From the NCBI RefSeq assembly GCF_018350175.1, contig NC_058368.1, positions 59,522,001 through 59,586,000 of the forward strand: a DNA stretch of 64,000 nt. Direction: 5' to 3'. Source of the stretch: Felis catus (lineage: Eukaryota). The translations under genes and the position numbers were made by a program. The notes under the pieces are model-generated. The model worked only from the letters and a program-made list of their open reading frames with translations, was not told the origin of the DNA and ran no database searches. Positions 13,000 to 24,009 of this stretch are shown piece by piece (position 1 is the first letter of the stretch; each line of letters opens with the position of its first letter).

Positions 13000-14099
13000 A
13001 AAAATATATTGATACAGTTGGTTATTCCCATCTTTTAAACAAATAGAGAAAAGTGACAAGAGGAAGAGGAGAGAGAATGGGAGTAAGAGAAAAAGGGAGG
13101 AGGAAGGCAGAAGAGGAAGGGGAGATGAAAGGAAAGAAGGAGAGAATTATCTACTTAAGTTTCTCTAACAAGTTACTTTTAAAGTTTCCAAGTTTCCTTT
13201 AGTACAGAAACTCCCAAAGTGTCATCATTTTAAAATTCATTTCAGTGACAAAAAATAATGTAATGAGCCAATTTCTGAAATATTTAACTGCTACCATTCA
13301 AAATACAATTTACTTCTTGGTAATGATGACAAAATGGCACATTAATTATAAATGTCTACAAACAGCCTAACAAGTGCACTTAGAAGCCTAAACAGCATTT
13401 ATCATATATCCTAAACTCAGTTTTAGAACACAAAAATTACATGTGCCTTGGTCTCCTTTTGAATGACTTGATATCATTTAAATGTGTGGATTATGTAGGA
13501 AGTATTATCTGATCATAGTGAGTCATCAATATCATAGAGCATATTAATAATATAAAACCTAATCCTTTAATATTTGTAATCTGTGTAGTATTACTTAACT
13601 ATCAAAATAAATTCAGATCTTGTTTTGTAGTTTTCCTGAAGTCATAATTAAACAGGAAAAAATGCAGTGATGTTATTGATTGACTTATTCCTGCAAAAGA
13701 AATATTCCTTAGTATAGAATAGATATTTTTCCAAAATAAAACTAGGAAAATAACGGAGTCCTGTATCCAGAAATTTATCTCATTCACTTATAAAATAATC
13801 CAGATTCAAATACAAGCACACATTTGTTGAGATTGGATTGTTTTTATATTTTCACCTTTCAGATTGGATAATCCTGGTTTATTTTTAATAATAAATAATT
13901 TACTTACATTTACAATTTTGTATAAATGTTATACAAAATATAATTATATTCTAAAAATATAATTTAAGGTGCTCTTTGATGACATATAATTATAACTTTT
14001 CCATATTGCCTTTCTTTTGAAATCTAATATTCAATGTTTAAGCCATCTTTCCAGTTGAAGATGATGAAAGAAAAGCAATGGAATAAAAGAAATAGGATA

Positions 14100-15310
14100 G
14101 TAATATCATAAATGAGGCCAGAAGACTTTGAAGGTCAGCAAAAGATACAGAGAACTAAAAAAAGTTTTGCTTACACCCTCCTACCAAGAACTAAGCTGAA
14201 AAATAACAAATTAATGATTTTTCTTGAACTTATCAGAGAGCTGAGTAGGACAACTGACCTGAAATGTGTATAGAGACAGATGCCTGCCTTGAGAAACAGG
14301 ATCCAGATTTACTCAGGACAAAAGTTGCTGAGTGCCACTTAAACAGGAAAGAAAATTCAGCTAATTAAAAAAAAAATTGTTGAAGGCCAAGCATAGGCTA
14401 CAGTAGGGATGAGAAGCCCGTTCAGGTTGCAGACTAGGAGGAGGGTTGCACCTTACTGCAAGCTTTTCCTTCCAAGATCTTCATGATGTTACTCACTGGG
14501 AAGATCTGAGAGAAACCTTTGAAAGTTTCACTGTGGTGTAGTCTGGGGAAGGAGAATAGCAGCTTCATTTGACTTACTTCCTCGATATCTCCTAGGAAAC
14601 AAAACTTTCACCTACCAAATATTTTCAGAAGAAATAACACCTATTCTATAAAATGTCTTCTAGAAAATATAAGAGGAGGGAATAGTGCCCAACTCATTTT
14701 ATGAGGCCAGCATTCTAGAAAGCTAGAAACCAAACTTTACAGTGGGTAAACCTGGCAGATACCCCTTAACCTAGGTATCCAGATTCACAGAAACAGGACC
14801 TTACTGCTAGGTTGATGTCATGTAATCAGTGGTATGATTCAGTAAGAGTACTTCCTTTCTATAATATCTTCTACCCCCTCCAATCTCTAAGCCTAATAAA
14901 ATTATGAGAAAAACATTAGAAAAATCCCCAAGCCAGGGTTATTCTATAAAATTACTGACCAGTAGTCTTTAAACGTGTTGTTATTTAACAACAGAAAAAA
15001 ATAAAAACCGGTCACAAATTTGTGAAGACTCAGGCAAAATGGTAACTAAGTGCAACTTGATATCCTAGATTAATGGTGGAATGGAAATTCATTAGCAAAA
15101 ACTACATCAGCAAAGAAAGTTTTATCAAACATTTGACATTTTAATAAAGTCTGTACTTCACTAATATCATGCCATTGTTTTTTTCTTAATTTTTATAAAT
15201 GTGCCATAGTTATATAAAGTGTTAACATTAGTAGGAGTTTAGTGAGAGGTACACAGGAACTACCTGTTCCATCTTTGTATCTCTTATCTAAATCTCAAAT
15301 TATTTATAAT
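14100..15310 (+). mobile_element. Ancient L1M-type fragments (ORF2 piece at ~14640-14715; L1MC-like 3'UTR at ~14730-15310)
   Basis: aactcattttatgaggccagcatt (ORF2 NSFYEASI); tttacagtgggtaaacctggcagataccccttaacc; 3' end ...aaattatttataataaaaaa. Confidence 0.6.
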
Positions 15311-15904
15311 AAAAAATACCAAAAATGAAAAAAAATGCGTTTTTACTTACATTTCCGTGTGCATCAAAATTCAAAATAAACTACTGTAAGGATTATATTG
15401 TAAGAGGCATGTTAAAGTATGATTAAAAAATAAAGTTATGACTAGAATTAAACTCGGACACACAGAAGCTTGTATCCTTTCAGTATCTCTGGTAGCCAGC
15501 CCTGAGATAAACTGAGGTGTTCAGAAAGGTTGTTGAAGTGAAGGCTTGAGACAGAAAGAGAGAAAGGAAGCCAGATTGCCCAGGGGAAACCTTCAGAATG
15601 CACTGCACATCTGGAACCCATTAAACAAAAGATGGGAGGAAATAGGAAGAGAAGGTAGAGTTTGAGACCACTGGGCAGATTTGACGAATTGTTGGCCTCC
15701 ATGATGAGAAGCTCAAAAATAGATATTGCCAATAAAGGAGTGCTGCGCTGGATAAAAATTACCAGTCTTGGTGCCCTTGTTAGATTCAATCATTGGCTGG
15801 GGCCTGTGTAAGAAATGTGTGATCTCAGCCTCAGATTCAGTGGTAGACCTAAAGGTGCTGCAATTGGAGACTGTCAGGTCCATGCTGTCTTCCCAGCTGA
15901 ATGC

Positions 15905-15906
<2 letters not shown>

Positions 15907-15951
<45 letters not shown>
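15907..15951. repeat. (CA)~22 microsatellite at an L1 tail
   Basis: Read directly. Confidence 0.97.
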
Positions 15952-15953
<2 letters not shown>

Positions 15954-16350
15954 TTATGTATTTAAATTCAAGTTAGTTAATATGCAGTGTAGTTTTAGCT
16001 TCAGGAGTAGAACTCGTGATTCATCACTTACATATAACACCCAGTGCTCATTCCAACAACTGCCCTTCTTAATCATCACTCATTTAGCCCATCACTAATC
16101 ACTCATGGGCCCATTTATGCCCGTCACTCATTTAACCCATCTCCCTGACCCATCTCCCTTCCTGCAACTCTCAGTTTGTTCTTTGTACTTAAGAGTCTCT
16201 TCTGGTTTGCCTCCCTCTCTCTTTTTATCTTATTTTTCCTTTTCTTCCCCTATGTTCTTCTGTTTTATTTCTTAAAGTCCACAGATGAGTGAAATCATAT
16301 GATATTTGTCTTTTTTGACTGACTTATTTCACTGAGCATAATACCCTCTA
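15952..16350 (-). mobile_element. Carnivore-type L1 3'UTR fragment
   Basis: tttaaattcaagttagttaa...aacacccagtgctc...tgagtgaaatcatatg; matches 36980-37300. Confidence 0.88.
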
Positions 16351-17185
16351 AATGCAAGATCTTTTATGAAGGGATATCCAAGCAAGACAATTGAAGGACA
16401 GTCATGGCAGAACTAGATGATGGCAGTTTGCAGTAGTAATTACACAGCTTCATATAGATGTTGATACTGATATAGAGACCTACAGATTATGAAAATTAAT
16501 TTAATTTCATTTCACTTTAATTGGTGATTAACATTTTATAATGTGTAACTAATAATTTTCAACCAGATGTGTATAAATGTATGAAGAAAATAATGATAAA
16601 ACATAAAATAATATACTGTTATAAAATGTTGTGAGCAAGTAGAATTAAAATATTAGTTCATTGAAATAAAAAACTGTTAAGTTGCTGATGTTAAAAAAGT
16701 TATATGTAATATGGGTATTATTTGGGATTCACCATATACACTTAAATTAGTAATGTAACTATTATTAATATTTTCATATAAAAGTAGCAAATGTACAATA
16801 TGCTGCAAATTATATTATTCACAAGCATTTAATCTTACACTAAAAACTATGATAATTCAAACCATGTGCAAAGTATCATTTTTTTCTTCAAAACACATTC
16901 AGAGATTGCAGAAGCAAAGATTGATGATTTCTGGCAAATAGTTTTGTTGTTGTACGTGGAAGAATATACTGATAACGAATCAAAATATGATCTCTCTGGA
17001 AAAATGAGCTTATTATATTCCATAAAAGTTTTGATATCTTCTCATTAATTAAAAAAATGTATATTTGAATAAAGTACTCGATTCCACCTAAATAAATAGA
17101 AAACATACCTTAGATAGAATTATTTAACCTCTACTAGTATGCCTATAGATTCCACACATTGTGTTAGAACATTATTTTCCTATTT

Positions 17186-17195
17186 TATCTATCTG

Positions 17196-17228
<33 letters not shown>

Positions 17229-17263
17229 GACCTATTCATCCATCCATCCATCCATCCATCCAT
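17186..17263. repeat. (TCTA)n(TCCA)n compound tetranucleotide STR
   Basis: Read directly. Confidence 0.95.
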
Positions 17264-17567
17264 TCACACATCTTCACCAGAAGGCTGCATGTGTTTCTTC
17301 CAATCTGAGGAATTTCTAATTTTAATATGCTGGACTGAATATTGGGAATTAAATTTTCTTGTCTAATCAAATTTGCCCTGTATATTTGGGTAAAGAGAGT
17401 CACTTTATGAGCTTATAAGGAGGGTTATATTCTATTCTTTTCCTCAGCTCCCAATGACTTTACCTATATAATTTAATTTATTTGGAAAGATAAAATTAGT
17501 ATGGGCACATTGCAATAAGCCAGGTAACTTAAAGTAACAACCAGTGCAAAATTAACCTGAAATAAAC

Positions 17568-17749
17568 ATTAAAAGTTTTTTCATGTTTATTTATTTTTTG
17601 AGAGATGTGTTGGGAGGGGCAGAGAGAGAAGGGGACAGAGGGTTCTAAACAGGTTCTGCACTGACAGCACAGAGCCCGATGAAGGGTTCAAACCCAAGAA
17701 CCCTGAGCCAAAGGCAGATGCTTAACTGACTGAGCCACACAGGCGCCCC
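17568..17749 (-). mobile_element. Can-SINE
   Basis: Reverse-complement SINE; TSD tgaaataaac. Confidence 0.92.
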
Positions 17750-18964
17750 TGAAATAAACTTAATGCCCATAGAGTACATACATAAGTTGCAAATGGTCAA
17801 TAAAATTGTTCTGAATGAATGAAAAGTTATTTCTAGTGGAGACTACTAGAAGTAGTTTTAAAGAATGCAAATTTTCAATTTTTAAATATTTGAAGTTTCT
17901 ATTTTTAAAACCCCATTCATACCATAAAAGGAAGTAAATATGCTTTGTCCGGAATTAACAAATAATAAATGGTGTGGAACTTTTAAAATGGGTACAATAC
18001 AAAAATTAAGGAAAACAAAGCAAATTAGTTTAAAAAATGTTTTTTGCCAAACTGGGAACAAGTAGGTGATTGGCAACTTCAAAAAAATCATAGCAATAAT
18101 AACTTTAAGTCAGTTTATAGAGGAAAAGGGAAATGATGATTTTCTATTGAACTCCAAATTATAGGCACTCAGTTAATATACACTTGGGATTTTTCTCTTG
18201 GATTTTAGTTGAAAACTTAGAAGTAATTTAGTCTACAAAAATTGCATTAATTATTTATCTGTTAAATTGGCATGCTCTTCTCAATTTAAAAATAACGGCT
18301 TTCTTGAAGAAAATAAATAAAATATTCTAAATTAATGCTCTCAAATACAGCAAGCTGGTGAGATTCACACAGCAGCAACTAAAACTATAAATGATAATAA
18401 TGATAAAGAAGAGGAAGTATAATTGCATGTCTGAGGCTAACAAAATATGACAAACCATAAAAAACCCTGTCAGCACATAAAAAAAGAAAAAAGTCAAATG
18501 AGACTGTCTGGTGAAAATAATGTTTATTTCCTGTTCTTATATGGTACAGCGACTGTTTCTTAAACATATTAAATATATCAAGTTTAGGACATAAAACTCC
18601 AAGTTCTGTCTGTGTTCCATGTCATACAAATTTTGAGCTGAGTTATGTAAAAGTAGAATATAAAATTTAACCAGGATTGATTTATATAGTGGCAAATTGA
18701 ATCAAACCAATTACCTAACTTGAGGAATTCTATTATTTCAAATAATCTGTGTATTGATAAAGATAAATATGGTGCAATTGGAAAATAACTGAATATATTT
18801 GAATACATTGACATTTCTATTTGAAACTCTAACATTCTTGCTAAAATAGGTCGTGTTTTTATTTTGAATAAACACAAAGCTAAGATTTTGCCTCTGATAT
18901 ATTTATGTATCATTTTATTTTAGGGAAATGATATGAAATGTATTATAGTCACTTAGGGTAACTT

Positions 18965-19187
18965 TTTTTAAAATTTTCTTTTTTAACAATTATTTATTTT
19001 TGAGAGACTGAGAGAGCACAAGGGGAAGAGGGACAGAGAGAGAGACACACACACACAGAATCCGAAGCAGGCTCCACGCTTTGAGCCGTCAGCACAGAGT
19101 CCAATGTGAGGCTCAATCCCATGAACCATGAGATCATGACTTGGCCTGAAGTTGGAGGCTTAACTGGTTTAGCCACCAAAGCAGCTG
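18965..19187 (-). mobile_element. Can-SINE
   Basis: Degenerate TSD atagtcacttagggtaactt/atagtcatttaagataactt. Confidence 0.92.
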
Positions 19188-20455
19188 CATAGTCATTTAA
19201 GATAACTTAAAGCAGTTTCATTTGCCTACAGAAATGCATATTTTATTTTATTTCTAAGTATCATTGACCATAGAGAAAGCTAAATTGCATTTTATCCCAC
19301 TAAATTTTAAAGTCTTTGGCATAATATTGTGTTACTATTTTTGTATCCTTAATCATTAGTTAAAAACTTGGCATATTGTAAAACTCAAAAAAAATTACCT
19401 AAGGAAGAGATTGGTAGATGTAGAGAAATAACTGGGAAAATTTTAGATTTTTCTGACTTAAAATATTATATTTTATAGGAAGAACACAGGATTTGACAAA
19501 ATAGCCATTTACTCAAACATGAATTGCATTGTTCTCTTTTTTAGAATGATAAATATTAAAATTAAAGAAAATTATAAATTAGTACACTCAATGGAATTTT
19601 GGTCCTTATCCTTCATGTGTTGAAACCATAGGTTTGGAAGTTGAACAATAGAAAGGAAGAAAGTCTTTTAATAAGTTTGATAAAAGTCAGAGAGGACCAA
19701 AGATCTTCTTTTATGTAGAACTCCAGGAACAAAACATTGTTCAGATTGTCATTCACCAGTATCAGGCTGTCACTGTTGAAGATAAAAAAAAGGTGTGAAG
19801 GTGTACTTAGGTAAAAATAAGCCTTATGTTATTACTTCCATAGTCTTATTTGTTTCTTATTGATCAGAGGCTAGAAAAGGCAATGATAGCTGGCAGATGG
19901 GAACAGCTCTAGGAAGAGAACAAAGATGGTACAGAATGTAAATGATTTTTTCTAGACCATGAAGACAAGCAGTCAATGGCACCATGAACTGGAAGGGTCT
20001 GTGAGGGTGATCAATCCAACGGATGCTGCTAGTGTGCAGAGGACAACACCCAAATAACAATTTGGGTGAAGCTTCTCTCTGGAGTCAGCAAAGATGATAC
20101 CAATGCTCTTCCTCCTGGTGGTATATAATTTTGCTTCTGCTCATGCACTCCATGGGAAGGCAAAAGAGATTAAAGGGATGACTGCCTCTTAAAGGAGGTT
20201 AATTTTGAATTGACTGAATTTAAATCCTGAAATAACTGATAAACTACATAAGAAAGACTGTGTTTCTTTTTAAACTGGAAGATTTGTCTTAATTTCTGAT
20301 GAAAAGCTTAAACCTCCGCTCCTCTTTACCAGATATGAATTGAAATATGTTATGAGCTAGTAGAGATCACTAGTGAACTATCAAGGAAAATTACATGCCT
20401 AGAATTCTGAATAGCTAGATAAACATTTTATAACCTTTTTAAGATAATTTCTTTT

Positions 20456-20677
20456 ATTTTTTTTAATTTTTTTTCAGCATTTATTTATTTTTGGGACAGA
20501 GAGAGACAGAGCATGAACGGGGGAGGGGCAGAGAGAGAGGGAGACACAGAATCGGAAAGAGGCTCCAGGCTCTGAGCCATCAGCCCAGAGCCTGACGCGG
20601 GGCTCGAACTCCCGGACCGCGAGATCGTGACCTGGCTGAAGTCGGACGCTTAACTGACTGCACCACCCAGGCGCCCC
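20456..20677 (-). mobile_element. Very young felid Can-SINE inserted at the tail of an older SINE
   Basis: CpG-rich; TSD aagataattt(c/a)tttt at 20441-20455 and 20678-20692. Confidence 0.96.
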
Positions 20678-20692
20678 AAGATAATTTATTTT

Positions 20693-20904
20693 AATTAATT
20701 TTTAATTTTTTTTTGAGAGAGAGAGAGACAGAGACAGAGAGAGTGTGTACAAGTGGAGGAGAGAGGCAGAGGGAGAGAATTGTAACAAGGCTCCATGTTC
20801 ATCATGGTGCCCAATGTCGGGGCTCAATCCCTCAACCCTTGGATCATGACCTGAGCTAAAAGCAAAAGTTGGACACTTAACTGAATGAGCCACCCAGGCA
20901 CCCC
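20693..20904 (-). mobile_element. Older Can-SINE
   Basis: Reverse-complement head gagccacccaggcacccc, GA tract. Confidence 0.92.
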
Positions 20905-20912
20905 TGCCCTGC

Positions 20913-21762
20913 TTTTTCTTTATGTCATCTTCAATTTTTGTCATCACTGTTTTACAGCTTTCAGAGTACGGGCCTTTCACATCTTTGGTTCACATAACCA
21001 AAGTTTCCTAGATACCTTATTGTTTTTGATGCAGTTGTAAATGGGATTGATCCTTTAATTTGTATTTCTGCTGCTTCATTACTGGTGTATAGAAATGCAA
21101 CAGATATCTGTACATTTATTTCGTATCCTGTGACTTTACTGAATTCAGTCATCAGTTCTAGTGGTTTTTTGATGGAGTCTTTCAGGTTTTCTCCATTGAG
21201 TAGTATGTAATCTGCAAACAGTGAAAGTTTTGCTTCTTCCTTGCCAATCTGGATGACTTTTATTTATTTTTGGTGTCTGATTGCTGTGGCTGGGACTTTC
21301 AGTACTATGTTAAATAAAAGTGGTAAGAGTGAACATCCCTCTTGTTCTTGATCATAAAGGAAAAGCTCTCAGTTTTTGCCCATTGAGGATGATATTAGCT
21401 CTGTTTTTTTCATACATGGTCTTTATGATGTTGAGGTGCATTCCCTGTAAACCTAATTTGTTGAGGGTTTTTATCATGAATGAATGTTGTACTTTGTCAA
21501 ATGCTTTCTATGCATCTATTGAGATGATAGATTCTTATTCTTTTTTTTCTATTAATGTGTTGCATTATGTTGATTGATTTGCAAATATTGAATCACATTG
21601 GCAACCCATGAAATAAATCTGACTTGATCATGGTGAATGATTTTTTTTAATGTATGTTGAAATGGAAAAGCATTCCATGCTCATGGATTGGAAGAACAAA
21701 TACTGTTCAATTGTCTATACTACCCAAAGAAATATACACACTTAGTGCAATTCGTGTCAATA
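20913..21762. mobile_element. L1 ORF2 (RT region) fragment with internal inversion: minus 20913-21656, plus ~21658-21762
   Basis: The minus part ends at ...KIEDDIKK and the plus part resumes KWKSIPCSWIGR, the next ORF2 residues. Confidence 0.88.
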
Positions 21763-22526
21763 CTCTTAGAGATTTTGAGTGTTGAGAATAACATGCATAC
21801 ACATATGCCATGGTGGGATAAATTAAAATCCAAACTTTCAAGAGGTGGCCAATTACAATATCTTAAAAATAGTTACAATGAGATATCAACCCAAGCAATG
21901 GCCAGTTGCTGAAGGTAATCCTAAGCCTGTAATTGGTATTCATCAGTTATCTACTTGACCATAAATTTAGAGTTTCCTTACACTTAGGTGGCATTTCAGA
22001 TGGTTTTGTTTGCTTGCCTGTGGGCACTGAGCCTTTGAAGCTATACTGTTCTCAGGCAATGAATGCTATAATTCATTATTCATAATTAGAAGTTAACATA
22101 AAAGTACCAAGACACACCCCCCTGAATCCCTTTAGCTTCATATACCCTCTCACCCTATCCATTATTTAGTAATTATTCCAGCTTTTTATGAAAATCAGAG
22201 TCAATTTTGTGCCAGCACACTGACACAGCCAGTGGCATGAGGAATCCAAAGTTGCCCTGTGAACATCACAGCTTCACCTCCACATCAGAAAGTTGTAACT
22301 CTTTCCAGGAATAGAAATGTCCTGCATTCCTCAAAAGACCAGTAAATATAACCTACCAAGGTCCTAGGTTTCTAGGATGGGAAGCAGATTTTCATAAGTA
22401 GGTCTGATTTCCAGATCCCATATATTATGGCATTTGAAACTCAACATCATATTTTGACCAATAGATCAGGACATACATTGCAGATTTTAGGGTAGCAGCT
22501 GAATCTTTCAAAGTATTTTCTCCCTA

Positions 22527-22740
22527 AATTTTTTTTTAATGTTTTTATTTATTTTTGAGACAGAGAGAGACAGAGCATGAGCAGGGGAGGGGCAGAGAGA
22601 GAGGGAGACAGAGAATCCAAAGCAGGCTCCAGGCTCCGAGCTTTCAGCACAGAGCCTGACGCGGGGCTCGAACTCACGGACCTTGAGACTGTGACCTGAG
22701 CTGAAGTCGGATGCTTAACTGACTGAGTCACCCAGGCACC
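22527..22740 (-). mobile_element. Can-SINE
   Basis: TSD caaagtatttt. Confidence 0.94.
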
Positions 22741-24009
22741 ACAAAGTATTTTTCTTTAGTGGGCCATTATACAGGCCTATGTTTTTATAGGCCTGTTCCT
22801 TATCAGTAATGTGATATATGGTAAGATCAGTGAACCATGTAACTGTGATCCCACTGTTGCTTATCCTTTATGGTAAAATGGGCCTCTTAATCTGAATAAG
22901 GAATTTTGTATGTGCTCAGATTATATTGCTTTGGAAGGGTTTGTGAGTTATTTTCCTATAAAATAGTGCCACAGTTAGGACTCACGAAAAGTGCTACTGA
23001 TAGACTCACCATTCGAGTAGTGACACAGTTAAATAATCCATAGTAAAATTGAGCCCATGTTAAGACAATACACTGCCACCACTCCTGGTATTATGACCGA
23101 TCTCTTCATTTGCCTCTTTGCAAACATTAGGGATATAGGAGTGAGAGGCTGGCTGACTTCACTAGGTCAGTGATGATGTTCACCTGATAGCATTTCTTAC
23201 ATGATGTTGTTTGGTGGATATTAACATGAGACACAAAGGTCATAAGTTTTTATCTGTTCTTATTGGTTCTTTTTCATCTTTTCCCAAGTGTCTTTTTCTA
23301 ATACTCCAGGATTGTACTATTCACATCCCATGCTATTGGGGCTGTTATTTTCCTCTCTAGTGAGATATCAATGTAAAACATGCACTAGGCCACTTCCTCC
23401 TGCAATTTGAGTGATGCAGTGAAATACATCGCTTATACCTCTGCCCACCGAGAAAAGTTTTCTTTACCACATTTCTTCAGACTTTATCCTGAATGGAATG
23501 GAAAGCAATGGCAATCCATTTTGGGCTTCCGTCATTGTATTTAATGTTCTGTATGTGAACTAGGCCCAAGTCTTTTCCTCCCCCTCTGTGGGTTATAGGA
23601 AATATGCCACAAAGCAGTAGATGAGAGTTGAAGGGCAGATCTTACAAAAGTAATGAGTTAAGCTGGATATCTGACCCTTATTTTTTGACATCTACTTAAG
23701 GCCAGTTTCTTTTTTTTTTTTTTTTACTTTCTATTACATTTATTGATTTTATTTTTCCCCCAATTTTCTTTGTGTGTGTTTTTTTTTATATATGAAATTT
23801 ATTGACAAATTGGTTTCCATACAACACCCAGTGCTCATCCCAAAAGGTGCCCTCCTCAATACCCATCACCCACCCTCTCCTCCTTCCCACCCCCCATCAA
23901 CCCTCAGTTTGTTCTCAGCTTTTAACAGTCTCTTATGCTTTGGCTCTCTCCCACTCTAACCTCTTTTTTTTTTTTCCTTCCCTTCCCCCATGGGTTCCTG
24001 TTAAGTTTC

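Noticed and set aside
19700..20400. Possible ancient LTR or exon-like purine-rich tract
   Set aside because: No termini, TSD, convincing ORF or splice pair that I could support; needs a Dfam search.
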